64,000 bases of DNA from Raillietiella orientalis (Eukaryota), in the NCBI GenBank assembly GCA_036172245.1, contig JAYWIR010000024.1, positions 62,001 to 126,000 on the forward strand. The letters are read 5' to 3'. A program made the translations under genes and the position numbers. The notes below the pieces were generated by a model. The model worked only from the letters and a program-made list of their open reading frames with translations, was not told the DNA's origin and made no database searches. This document shows, piece after piece, positions 40,500 through 52,469 of this stretch; position 1 is the first letter of the stretch, and each line of letters starts with the position of its first letter.

Positions 40500-41880
40500 A
40501 GCTCAGAGGGAATGAACACCGCCACCCGGGACCAGCTTCTTAAGAAGTCTGGTGTTGGAGAGAGGGGTTAGTAAATCAGTAAAGAAAGACTCAGAGGGCT
40601 GCCTTGGCGTTGTCTTCGGCTTTTGCCTCACGTTCATTCCTAAAACCGTTGCTTTGCGTTGGCGACTTCTCGCAAGTGAGGCCACCTCGTAGCCGTTCTC
40701 ACCAAGGCAGCTGCCTCTCCTCTCAGCCGAGACTCCAACACAGAGCTGTGGCGATGGCGCAGATGCTACACATCGTTGCGTTCACGGCTGCGAAAGTTCT
40801 GTCTGCGTGAAGTGTCACAGCAAATCCATAGCGGTGTCCTCAGGATGTGCAGGAAACCGGAAGCACTCAAGAACATTTGGAGTTTCCTCCAAATGTTCTT
40901 GAGAAGACCTCATTTTGAAAATAAGTGTGCCACGCAACTTTGAGCAGTTTAGGGACACAAGTCCAACAAAAACAGGTGTCTGAGCTGATCGTACTGGAAC
41001 CCCAGTACAGAAAAAGTAAAGCATACTATTTGCGCCGCAAAGAGAGCGCCGTGGTGCCGGTGCATAGGGGAGGACTAAACGATCTTCGATGGACACACCA
41101 AGCAATTCGTTCCACGAAAGAGTTCCTCTGCCCACGTACAACCAGTGGCGGTATTCTCCAACTCGCTCGTCTTCCAGCCGCCCGGAGTTTCCTTCTTCCT
41201 CCAGTTGTGCAGGAAACTTTTACCTCGTCGGTAGGGTGCAGTCCACCTGCCGTCAGGTGACAAAGAGGCGCAGGTGCACCGCGTGGCCGGCCAGCAAGCA
41301 CTGAGTTCATGCATGCGTGCAACCTGTTCACTGGCGAACCCTGAATACAGAAGCTCATCGCTTTTGTCCTTATCGAGGAACAACTGTGTTGTCAGATGAG
41401 CAGGCGAGGAAGACTGGCGTCGGTTCTGTCGCACTCATCCCAGGCTCGAGTTCGATCTGCTATCTACAGGGAAGGGGCAGCCCATCAAGGTGTGGACGAT
41501 GCCTCGACGATGCCGGAAGCTGTGGGATTACTCCGCAGCTTTCTTCGTGGCATCGCCATCAGCGAAAACAAGGACCGGAATCTGTTGAGGGTCTCAGTCC
41601 GAGAGGGTTCTGTGCGGCGCGCTATCGCCTGAGTCTCCTCCCAGCTGGTTTTGGTGATAGCTTCAGCAGCGGTAGAACTTTTCTGCAGCAGCGTACCCTC
41701 TCACGACACTTGACGTGAGGAGGTGGGCTGGAAGGCTGCAGTCGAACAACAGGTCAGGCATTCCGGGACGAATTGCCAGCTGCAAGACCACTTCGAGGAA
41801 TGTGTACGACGTCACATCTTTGGTACGCGAATTCTTTTCCAGGTTTTATAAGAAGGCACTGGTAAAGCGCTGCTGGTTAG
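40500..41880 (-). mobile_element. Degenerate L1/Tx1-like LINE 3' fragment
   Basis: GGWKTSELENT motif at ~41160-41190 is shared with the other copies. Boundaries approximate. Confidence 0.65.
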
Positions 41881-41894
41881 AAAGCCCTACCTGC

Positions 41895-44300
41895 TAAATA
41901 GATAAACAAGCGAGTTGGAAAGAAGGCATTTCCCGGGACAAAAGCGGGAAAAAAGGTCAGCTAAAGGGGCCACCGACACTCAGGTCAGGATTTCGAAAAG
42001 TTGGGAGCGGGAGGAAAGGAGAAGAAAGAAACGTGGAGAGCACGGGCGAGGGTCTTTGGCGTGTCTCGTTGCTTCCTGGAAAACCGGGAAAAGTGTGGAA
42101 CGAGTGGGGAGGGAAGAATCAAAATAGATAAATAAAGGAAAAAATAAAGGGAGAGCGAGGACAGAAGTCACCAGTGATGGCCTTTCCTTCTTTCTAGAAC
42201 CACTGCTCGGTGCAGCCGATCTCCTTCCTGACTCCTTCTTCGAGGTGAGGCCACCTGGTGGCCGTCCTCATGTGGGTGACTGCCATGCGGGTGTGCCCTT
42301 TGCTGCGCCCAAAACTCCGACGAATGGTGGATTGTGGGAATGGAGCACGAATGCGGCAAACATATCAAGGTCACGGCGTCCCATCGTGACTCCTCGCCAA
42401 GAACTGCCTCAGCAAGTTCATGGCGGTTTCTTCGGGGTGCAAGAGCTCTGAGGTCAGCCTGGGCCAAAGTTCCTGGAGGGTGCCGCGGTCAGTCCAACTG
42501 CAGGTGCGGGAACGATCCAATCGCCTTTCACCTGAAACAACTCCTCCGTAAACGAGGTTCCTTCGACGATCGCACTGGAGACGCCAGTGCAGAAACAGCA
42601 GGATGCCTGTCTTACTTCAAGAAGAACACTGAAGTGTTCACATGCAAGAAAGAGGCAGCAAGTTCTTCGGAGGGGCGCGCACTCAACAGCTCGCTCCACA
42701 GAAGTGGTCACTTTGCTCATAAAGGACGATGGTAGCGTCCACCAGCTCGCTCGCCTTCCAGCCGCCCGGGAGTTTGGCCGCTCCCAGCAACGATGCAGAA
42801 CGTTCGTCACCCCATGGGTTAGCGACTGCTGCTGCGTGCTCTGAGGGCAGGTCGCAATGCGGCAAGGAGTGTGATCTGGCCAGACGGACAAACCTCTTCG
42901 AATCCTGCAGAACATCTTCCGGTGGAAGGCTTGGAAGGAACGCTATAGACAAAGTACTGCTGGGCTTAACGCAAACGTGGACGTCCTGGGAGCAAAAGTT
43001 TTCTGTCCTCACGCTCATAAGTTTATTGGACGTCAGGAAAACCCAGAGCAGGCTTCCAGGATCAAGGCAATTTACCGGAGAGGCAAGCCGAATCCCCGCA
43101 TCCTGCATCGGCAGCCCGGCAGCGACAATGAAGATCCTTTGTTGCGGACGCGACGCTGAAAGATGAGGCGCGCAGGCTCACACCACGGGGAAGTCTACAA
43201 TTTTGTGCACGGTATCTGGAGGGCACCGCAGTCCAAAAGCAGATGCAGCGGAATCGACTCCGCCGACCCGCACCTCGCACTAATAGGGGGTGGCACCCCT
43301 GCGGAAGCGCAGGACCACCACTCGTCTCATTAAAATCCCTAGAGGAGGAAGAGCAGCGAGGCCTTTTCCAGGAGAGGGAGAACACAGAAGTGTCCAGGCA
43401 ATGGACAGGGACCATAAGATTTTCGAAGACAACACTCAAAGTCTGCCACGGCACGAGGATAACGCGTGCTGGTGCACACAACGGCGAAATCCACAGTTTG
43501 GCGCAGAGTGCCAACATCCGGACCTGCACTTGCAGCCGGATTTTATCCAGCTTTAGGATGTCTAAGCCGGCATATCGATGCAGAGCCGCCAAGTCTTTGA
43601 GGATCTCTCAGATCCGCAGAGGCCGTTCCTCAGCAGGCGTCGAGACCGAAGTTTCGCCTCGTAGGGGAGGTGGACAGACAGAAACACAATGGGCGGAGAA
43701 GGAAAGACATGAAGGTGTTTCAAATAGTAGCTCGCTCCCGAAAAGGCGAACTTGCCTTCGAGCAACGGGGCGAGAACATTCCTGCCTTCTGAAGACTTCC
43801 CATCGTCCCTTGATGCATGCATGCGTTTTAGGGAAGACCCCAGTTCAATAGCAGTGGCTATCGGGATAACACAGGATTAACACATATTACTTCCGGGAGC
43901 AATCAAGAGTTTCAGCCCACCGGCAAAGTCTCTTCTCCTGCAAGCAGGACGTAGCCGCGTCGGCCAGCACCTTCATGGAGCACCCGCCTAGGAGTTTCTT
44001 CCACCCCTGCGATGTAGGAGAACTTCCACCTCGCTGGTAGACAACTGCCGTCGTTTTCCCACAGGGAAGACAGAGCTGCTGCCAGAGGTGCGGTGGGTTC
44101 TCGAGATATGTCGTCGGTTCGTCGACGATTGGTAGGGACTTCCTGCCGAGCGTCTTTGGGACTAGAGCGACACGGGATCTTCAGTACTGGTGCAGGTCAT
44201 CCAAGCTCAAAAGTGCCCGCGGGTTCCTGATCTCCAGGCATAAAAGACACAGGACGACATGAGATCCAATCGCTGAATTCCAGCAGAGAGACCATCTGCT
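41895..44300 (-). mobile_element. Degenerate L1/Tx1-like LINE copy
   Basis: AGLDILKLDKIRLQVQVRMLALCA and GGWKASELVDA match AGLGILTLERIELQVQLRMLALCA and GGWRTSELADA of the 57.1 kb copy. The 3' UTR resembles 58855-58930. Boundaries approximate. Confidence 0.8.
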
Positions 44301-44307
44301 TCAATTC

Positions 44308-46060
44308 CCACCCGGATACACCGGAACATTTATTTATAGATTAAATAAACATTTACAATTTCTGTGGCTGGACCTCCGGTCCAACCCGGCCCTTTTTGAT
44401 CTAAACTGCCGCGTTGAATGTTCGCAGACTGGTGAAGCCCGCCACGGTAGCAGAGAGGAATAAGCAAGCAAAAAGAAAAAGAAACAAAATAAAAATAAAA
44501 CAATTTGAGGGGGTAGGGTGCGGGAAGGGATCACTGTCAGCTGGGGGTGGTCCTCTGCATCCTTTGGAGGATGCCGGCAAGGTGTTGTTGGATGTTGCTA
44601 TCAAGGTCTGATTACTATCCGCAGAAAGCGAAGAGCCAAGTGGATGCGTCTCTATTGTCCCCCGATCCACGATTCTGCGGAGGCAGCAAAGTGCTGCAAG
44701 GGTTACGACTGGCTTCAGGGCGTCCCTTACAAAGAGTCAAGCATTTCTGGGGTTGCCGTCGAGGGTTCCGAGGGTAGCGTCTTTGGTCCCCAAAGGACCA
44801 AAGAACACAGTCCGCTAGACGGTGCGGGAAAGATTCCCGCTCCCCGCACCTTGCACAGTTCGCGTCCACACACTTCCGTGTCCAGTGATGCCGGCGGGAG
44901 TTGCACGGGAGACCCCAGTGCAGCAGCATTTACGCCGACTCCTGCCACTTCAAGGGGAGGGTGCAGGTGTCCAAGAGCACTGGGACTACTGCAGATCTTC
45001 CACCAGAATTCCCAGTGGCTCGCTCAAGAGTCGTCGAGGGTGGGCACTCGGGATCGCAGCGTCCGTTAGCTAACCCGTCGTCCATTCACCTAGTCTTTCC
45101 TCCTTTCGGAGATTTCTGCCCTCACCTCCCATTTCGCCGCAAGGCTGTGGCCCAAATGTTCCCTGAGAGAGGGCAGCCCTGTGGCAAGGGAGTTTGTCAG
45201 TGTTGCCCATGCACTCTTCAAAGGATGCTCCATGATCTCCCGGAGAGAGCCGCTTCAGCGGAAACACCAGGAGCCTCATCCGTTTTCGGTTGCGAGGGAG
45301 CAAAAACACTAGTCCGCTCGCCGTGAAAGGTGCGAGCGGGAAGACATCACTGCTGGTTCCATGCCCTCTCCATCAAGGCAGTTTCCGGAAATGGAGCTGC
45401 AGCTCCAGCCTTTCCAACGTAAGGAAGGATACCGAGTCCGGCATCTCTGAGTGGTGCAGCAGTGTCCTTGACTTGGACGCAAGGCGCCCAACAGTCCCTC
45501 GGTCTGTTGTCTCGCCTCAGAGGGAGGGGAACAAACGAAAAGTAGGAGGAGAGCTACAAAAGAGTTCCAGATCGAGGTTCGCTCCCGCAGGTTCCTTGAG
45601 GTCATATCCTGACCTCAAGGAACGGATCAAAAAAAACTGCTTTTCGGAGAAATCGGACCACTCTTCTGCAGTGCAGAACTCACCCACCGGTACGCTAAGT
45701 TACTTGAAGTAAATGTCCATCGGGATCCCCTGCATGGAGAGCAAGCAGGAATCAGCGCCGCAAGACCTGCAAGCGAAGGTCGACGACCCGCGCTGCCGAA
45801 GTGCCGCAACCACGAACGAGGAGTGGAAAGGCAAGGCGTTCCAACGAACAAAGAAAAGTTAGGGGGAGTAAGGCAGCGGAACGATTCCACCCCATGAGGC
45901 GTAACATTTGGAGACACAAGCATGCGCCATCTCGAGCTCTTGTTGCCTTGCTGGACAAGGACGGAGGAGGAAAGAGGAACAGGAGCAACTCCATCCACCG
46001 GTCAAGATGGTGAACAAGTGCAGGAACATCCACCAGTTAAAGTAAAGAACAAGAGAAGGG
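44308..46060 (-). mobile_element. Degenerate L1/Tx1-like LINE copy
   Basis: CARCGERESFPHRLADC zinc finger, AGLGIL segment near 45430, and the conserved 3' terminal motif at 44308-44334. 5' boundary approximate. Confidence 0.8.
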
Positions 46061-46114
46061 ATCCCATGCAAAGCGCGCCTCCATCATTGGATACGGAAGA
46101 GTGGGAGTGCCATT

Positions 46115-46710
46115 TGGGATAGATTCGGCGTGAAGGAAACCTTCTTGCACCTTTTGCTAGACTATGTCGTCCTTCGTCTTTCTGGGGATCGCCTCTCGAC
46201 GACCCTTGGAATCCCAGCTGGAGGCCCCAGAGACATTTTTCGACGCCTCTTCGCGCATGCCGCACTGTCGCCAGCCACGTCCCTCACAGTGCTCTGCAGT
46301 CTTCGTGGGATCATGATGGCGTGGAAGCCTGAAGGAGAGGCCTAAATGGAAGGAACTCCATCCACTGGGCGACTACCTTGAAGACCGTTTCGAGATAATG
46401 GTACTGGGCGACACAGGACTGAACAGAGCTTGTCAGCATCCTGGACAGTATGCTGAGGACATCTTCCAGCAAAATGTGATTTCCGGTCCCTTCCCCCTCC
46501 CCAATGAAAATTTTCTTTTCGTTTTTCTTCTTTGTTTCTTTTTTTTCTGGTTTTCCCTTCCCCGTCGCTGAGGAAACGGACCACGTATCGGTCGTGGCAA
46601 GTTCCGACCACATGGCGAATCACATGGTGTTTCACCACCCGTGAACATTTCAATGGACTTTTATTATTACTTTGTTTAATAATAAATGCCCCGGCAAAAC
46701 CGGGTGGAAA
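46115..46710 (+). mobile_element. L1/Tx1-like LINE 3' fragment
   Basis: KETFLHLLLDY zinc-finger remnant; ORF end homologous to 15470-15520 and 44520-44580; terminal AATAAATGCCCCGGCAAAACCGGGTGG. Confidence 0.75.
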
Positions 46711-47094
46711 ACCAGATTCCGTTGCAAAACTGTTGCTCTTTACCGAACGCAAATGGCAAATGGCTATTTGTTCCTATTAAGATCAGAAGGTCTCTTTTCT
46801 TACAAAGTCAAAGAGATCTTCCTGAAAGACCAAATCACTGTTATTCATGGCTACCGCAGTGAGCTCTCATCAGTAGTGCTTTACATTGTTCCTCAAACTG
46901 TGGTAACCCAATGACCAACTGCACGTCGAAATCCAGAATCCACCTCCACCAGCTGCCCGTCATGAGCTCCAGTAGATTGAGAAACTCAGGACACTTTTAA
47001 GACTCCAATCCTCTTCTCATAACAGATGCACCCTCCGACCAATGACATGTGAAACATCAAAAAATGAAAGTCTCGGAGGTGAGTAGGTATGTTG

Positions 47095-47465
47095 TCACCT
47101 CTCCAGAGAGTTCAGGAAAGCGCGCCGTTCCCTTTGGGGAGCGCCATTCTGGGAAAATTCGGAAGCATCCCTTCGGGGTTCTCTTCAGAGGAGCAAACCA
47201 GGAGGGGTTCCCTTGAGGGTTCCCTTTGGAGAAAAAATTCAAGAGAGTATCCTTTTCGGGTTCCTTTGGAGAAGAAAACATGGAACGGACTTTCCCCCGC
47301 GGATCCCTCCGGAGAGAATGAGGAACGACTCCACCCTAGTTTCCCTCCGGAGACAACCAGGGTGGGAGTGATCATTGCGGGGATCCCCCCTAGGAGTGAG
47401 AGGAACGGACTTCGAACCCTTCCTGGATCCATAGGGTGGTCCCCTTCTGGAGTACCCCCTACCAT
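47095..47465 (+). mobile_element. 3' half of the SINE-like repeat (minisatellite plus tail)
   Basis: Aligns by eye to 31505-31840; about 6-7 units of ~41 bp; tail ttcctggatccatagggtggtcccc. Confidence 0.75.
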
Positions 47466-47619
47466 GAAGTACACGTACCTTTGGGTGGCATGGAACAATG
47501 TCAAAGAACTGCATGGGTCTTCAGGTGCTCGATGGTTCTTGAGGGACTAGGCTAACCAAAAAAAAAGCTGAAAGCAATAGCAGCGGAGGCAGAAAAAAAC
47601 CCAAAAGGACCAAGAAATG

Positions 47620-47990
47620 GGTGCGTTTTCGAGTCTCGTGGTTTTCGAGTCTTCCCTGTAGGATGCTGGGTGGTCCATAGGCTTCGGGTGAGGCAGTGGT
47701 GAAAGCAGCCGGAAACTAGATACCCCGTTGACTTGTCGGGACTGGAAGTTGACTCTCCATGGTCCTTCCAGGAATCAGCTAGCCGGTATCCTTCGGGTTT
47801 CCCCTCCGATTGTGAAAACGGAGCCGTAACCATGGTAATGGTTAATGCCTACTTCGTGGGGGCTGCCTCTTCAGAGTTAAAGAGCGTTGCTCCCTCGAGG
47901 GGAGTTCTCCAGAGAAATTCGGAAGACTCCCTCCGGCGTTCTCTGCAGAGGAGAAAACCAGGAGCGATTCCCTTGAAGGTTCCTCCTCCT
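47620..47990 (+). mobile_element. Middle portion of the SINE-like repeat
   Basis: ccccgttgac...ggaagttgac...ccttccaggaatca is shared with the 31.4, 49.1 and 62.8 kb copies. Confidence 0.65.
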
Positions 47991-47999
47991 TGACAGTGT

Positions 48000-48725
48000 C
48001 TACACCTACCTTCCTTCACTGGCAACACCACGGGCTCCTTGCATGCTGCTGTGTTCGGTGCTGTCTTCAATCGTTGCCATGCAAACGAAGCAGTTTGCTG
48101 TTTGATGCTCACCTGCACACCTCCGCACTCCAAGTGCCGCTTGCGTAACTTTCCGATGGAGAGATTGCGGAGGAGCACGCCCCCTGGAGTCTTCTAGGTG
48201 TCTTTGGAACGCAACGGCACTACCTCGACCACATCGCACAACTGCGAACGCTGGACGGTGTTCGTGCATCCCTCCACATCCAAACGCCGTGCCGCTGAAG
48301 GACGTCGGGCCACGGATTCGTGCTGTCCAGTCAGAAAGGACGCCTGGCCGAGCAAGCACTGGAGAGACCAGCTCTCCCCAACAACTTGCGTGGTTTCGCC
48401 CTCCTGGAACGACCAAGATCGCTGTAAGACACAGGAGGTAGGAGGAATGGCCGAACCCTACCCTCAGCAGGTGCTCCGGCAGCCGGAACATGACCTCAGA
48501 GCGGCATGACGAGCCGGTGGCGAAGATCTGGAGCAGTGGCGCCTCCTCTCCTCCAACGAGCGCGTTCCGGGCGCAGATCGCACGTTGAGACCGGATCTTG
48601 CACCCTAGGGCGAAGGGACTCCGACAACGTAATCGGAAGAGGCGGGACGGATGGAGGGCATCCAGCGCCTAAGATCAGCCATGCACGGTGCCTTCAAAGG
48701 AGCGGCCGCGGCTATCAAAGCAGTC
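48000..48725 (+). mobile_element. Heavily decayed LINE 3' fragment
   Basis: Patchy similarity to the 42.2 kb and 58.7 kb ORF ends (agatcagccatgcacggtgcc versus gagatcaccggcatccgccaccggtt). Confidence 0.4.
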
Positions 48726-48761
48726 GTCGCCACCTGAGGGTGCGTGTGACTCTTCAACACT

Positions 48762-49290
48762 GGGGGATGACCCCGTATGGACCACCCTGTGAATCCAGGA
48801 AGGCTCCGGAGAAAGCAGTTCACTCCTTTTACTCTCGGGAGGGAGTCCCGAATGAAACCTCTTCCTTGTTCTCTCCGGAGGGGACCCCGGAGGGGATCAG
48901 TCCTCATTGCTTCTCCAGAGAGAACCCGCAAGAAGACTGCTCCTGGTTCCTCCTCTGAAGAGAACCCTGAAAGGAGCAGAGCGCTTGTTGCACTCGGGAG
49001 AGGAAGCCCCCGAGGAGGGAAGGGCGAGTCCACTTTCACAACTGGAGAAGAACTCTGAAAGGTTCCCGGATTTCTGGAAGAAACCAGGTCAACTTCCAGT
49101 CAACGGGGCATCCGGCTGCTTCCGCCGGTGTCGCACGCAAGGCCAAGCAAGGCAGCCAGCTCATCTTGCGGGGGGAACTCAAACCAAGACACGCACCCGT
49201 TCTCGGAGTCGATCCTTCCCCGGGTGGGATTCGAACCCGCGATGCTTGGTGCCACATGCGGAGACCGCGGCCGCACGGCTTCCAGCGCGG
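48762..49290 (-). mobile_element. tRNA-headed SINE-like repeat
   Basis: Head ccgcgctggaagccgtgcgg...ctccgcatgtggcaccaagcatcgcGGGTTCGAATCCC; tail ttcctggattcacagggtggtcc. Confidence 0.8.
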
Positions 49291-51423
49291 ACCCAAATAG
49301 GACTGCTGAAAGGAGTTCTCACACAAGAGAGTGTACTGCACTTGATGCTTCTAAATGCAAGAGGACAAGAATGCAAGTGGTCGCCAGAATCTGTCTTGTG
49401 TTGGTCCTTCACTGATTGAAAAAATGATGGTCCATCGTTAGATGCGCTGCCGCCGAAGCCGCTATCCGAACCGTATTCGTGCTGTCCGACAAAGACGCTC
49501 TGCTCTCCGATCTCTTGTCTTTTTATGCTATGAGCTCTCTCTTGATGGCGGGATTTGAAGCGCTGGGTGCCTTTGTCATCTGCAGTGTCTTCTGGAATGG
49601 AAACAAAAGCACACGGAAAGTGCATTCGTGGAAGCAGAAATGCCAAAATAACGAAACAGGGAGAACCTGACTGCAATTCTGGAACAAAATCGAAAATCTT
49701 TGAATTTCTTGTAGCAATTCCATGTCGTTTCTGAATTTTTGATATTTGGATGTGTACCGAGTGGCATACTTAAACTACCCTTCAAGATAGATAATCTTTC
49801 ATATCACACAGTAATTTCATTTGTCTATCGCAAAGGTCATTATGTATACACACATATAGATAGAATCACGAAAACTTGCGAGATTAAAGGGAAACTAGGG
49901 AACTGGCAAACATTGGAATTCGGGAATATTCGAATACGATTTGATTGAATTTAGCAAGATTGATTTTTCATCTTTAACGCAATGGTCGTTATTTTGGAGG
50001 AGATTTAGTTGCAGTTTTCACGAACCCATAGTTTCTAAAACATAAAATTTGATAATTTACTGTTTTGATAACGTATTGATCCTTATGTGTATCATGCAGC
50101 GGGTTGTGCAAAACCATTTTCTGGATTCGTCAATAAAGGATTGCTGGAAGAGATCCAATAAATTTGGGTACGTTTCTCTTTCTGAATGTAAATCATACAA
50201 GGCTTAACTTAAATCTCACACAGTGCTGCTTGCTTTAAAAATGAAGCCGCAGAGCACAGGACGAAGATTTTTTGGAATGGAAGTACACACATATGAGCAA
50301 ACTGTACGTATTGACAACTGTTTTCCAGAAACTGCAATCAAGCAGGTTTTTAAAAGAACAAACTAATTGAAAGCTTCAATACAATTCTTAAGCGCCAGAT
50401 TCAAAAATTTTACTCAGAATGTGTCCTTAAGTTTAGACATTACCTCTTGGGCATCTATTTTGGGCTTCAGACGCACTATTCAAATTTGTGCTGCAGTCTT
50501 CTCCTCACAACATGTATGAATCTCTTACTAAGGCAATTTTTTTTTTCTTAATACTTTAATTTCAACTCCAAACACCATCGACGCATCGACGATTTTGCAG
50601 TCAGCGTATTTGTTCTCGCTCGTGCATTCTTTGATGAAATATTTCATACTTCATCTGGCTACCCTGAGTTCAACAATCTTGAGTCGTGGTGTTTAGTATC
50701 AGATGTTTGTAATGGCCGTTCATGCATAGTTGATTTCCTTCCCGACTGTTCTACTCTTTGCACAATCCTTCCTGAATTCGCGTTTTCGTTCTGGTAGCAG
50801 TGACTGCTTTGGACGAATTTCCTGAGGGAACGGCATGATCGGCCTGTATCAATTCAAAATACTAACGGATAAGCCAGAATGAACAGTTTTCTCTCAAGAG
50901 AAGGCGATGCAAATTGTATTTCTAGGTTTTATTGAGACACCACTTAGCTGGAAGGTAGTCTAATTTTGGCTCAGGTCCCAGGCATTCATGATGCCTTGAA
51001 ATGAAAATACATCATGAAAAAAGAAGATAAAAAAAATACCATTCAGTCGAACTTGACGTTGCTTTATTTAGTAAGTCATAAAAGTATCTACTCGCAAAGT
51101 AAGAAATGTAGGCGCCAATACGTTTTCGAGCAAGTTTTTCAACGGGAAGAAAACAGAGCACAATTGCAAAGTGTTCATAATTTGCTGATTAGAAAGAATG
51201 ATTCTGAGATTGAATTCTCCCATGAGGAATCCTGATGTCTTATAGATATTGAATTTTCAGTGAAGTGAAACGAATCGAGTACACTTGTGCGGTGTGTAAT
51301 TCAATTTCGCTCACAGCTGGTAACCCTTGCAGAGGCACCAGAGGCTTGGACAGGCAGACAAGAGACGCCCAGCGTAAAGGTGGCGGAGTGCGCGTATGTG
51401 TGTGGTCGGGCAGAGCTGCGGCC

Positions 51424-51875
51424 ATGAGCGTCGAAGCCAAAGTAAGAGTACCGTCAGCCGGTGGTGACCCTGTTCCCAGTGTACGTACTTTCAAGTACAC
51501 AGCGGCAAGAAGTGGTTCCTTTTCCACCGATGTCAATAATTTGATTTCGAATTTGCGCGAGGCCAAAGCCGATATTAATAAATATCTGTCCACGTATATA
51601 GAAGAACATGACGGAAGTGCCTGTGTCACACCAAAGCGAGATTCGCTGTCAGGTATGTCGTTGAATCTGTTTTTCCAACCCCCCCGTTTAGCAGTCGACT
51701 TTGTTTTCTGTTGAGATTGCATGGGCTTGAATTTCACAGCTGAACGAGGGATGTGGCTATTTTATTGATACAGGGATGTTTGCGTTGTGTGTGTTGCGTC
51801 AGATCTGTGAGAGGAAAATAGTGAGGTGTGCTTACTTGGTTTTCTTTTCCAGGTGGTGATTCCGAAAGTGAATAA
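51424..51875 (+). CDS. Small two-exon gene (51424-51652, 51853-51875), 83 aa, resembling KEOPS/EKC subunit GON7
   Basis: gccATGa start; AG|GTATGT donor at 51653; CTTAC branch site and ttttcttttccAG acceptor at 51852; TAA ending 51875; AATAAA at 51894. The helix VNNLISNLREAKADINKYLSTYIEE plus acidic tail GGDSESE recalls the Gon7 helix (L..L...L...Q.DIN.FLT). Confidence 0.6.
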
Positions 51876-52055
51876 GCAGTGATGGTTTTGGAAAATAAAT
51901 TCCCACTGTTTATGAGAATAAGAGTTTTTGTGATGTGAAAGTATTTGGAAAGCGTTTACAATTTGAAATGAAACGAGTAACCTATTTTATGCTTCCAGGT
52001 TTTGACTTGGTAACAGCACAGTGAAAACATTGTATAAGACATTGTCAAAGTTTTT

Positions 52056-52469
52056 ATGGTAAATGACTTTTCTGAACTTCAAGGGAAGGCATTTTTTTCG
52101 ATTATGGCTGATATATCGGTTGACAAACAAGTAGAGTATGTTGTTTCCTGGTTCAAAAGCTGGAGTGAAATGCAAAGGAATGATTTTGTTCCCATATTAC
52201 AGTGTGAATTAGGGTTTGATAAATGTGATCAAGAATTGACAGATGATTTGAATAATCTTCATTTAAGTTGGAAGCCACTAAGTATTTATCAGTGTCAAAC
52301 AAGACTGTTTCGGCAATGGATTCCCGAGTGGAACAGAATGCAGAGAGAAAAGTTTTTAGAAAAATTACAGCACATAGATCAGAACTACAAAACACTATTC
52401 GAAAACGTTAGTTTTGTTAATGGAGAGCATGCAGCAGATGATTCTTCCAACCACTGTCAGGAAAACTGA
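52056..52469 (+). CDS. C14orf119-like / DUF4508 protein (start at 52056 or 52104)
   Basis: Intact 137-aa ORF with the family pattern WFKSWSEMQRNDF...LNNLHL..KPLSIYQCQTRLFRQWIPEWNRMQREKFLEKL. A strong 3' splice site (ttttatgcttccAG) lies upstream at 51998. Confidence 0.88.
   Translation: MVNDFSELQGKAFFSIMADISVDKQVEYVVSWFKSWSEMQRNDFVPILQCELGFDKCDQELTDDLNNLHLSWKPLSIYQCQTRLFRQWIPEWNRMQREKFLEKLQHIDQNYKTLFENVSFVNGEHAADDSSNHCQEN

Noticed and set aside
47095..47465. CRISPR-like repeat/spacer array
   Set aside because: Units are contiguous degenerate tandem repeats without unique spacers; no cas-like ORF; eukaryotic context.
49205..49290. Functional tRNA gene (also ~3620-3700 and ~61940-62010)
   Set aside because: No acceptor stem or clean cloverleaf, copies are mutually diverged, and each is fused to the same downstream repeat body.
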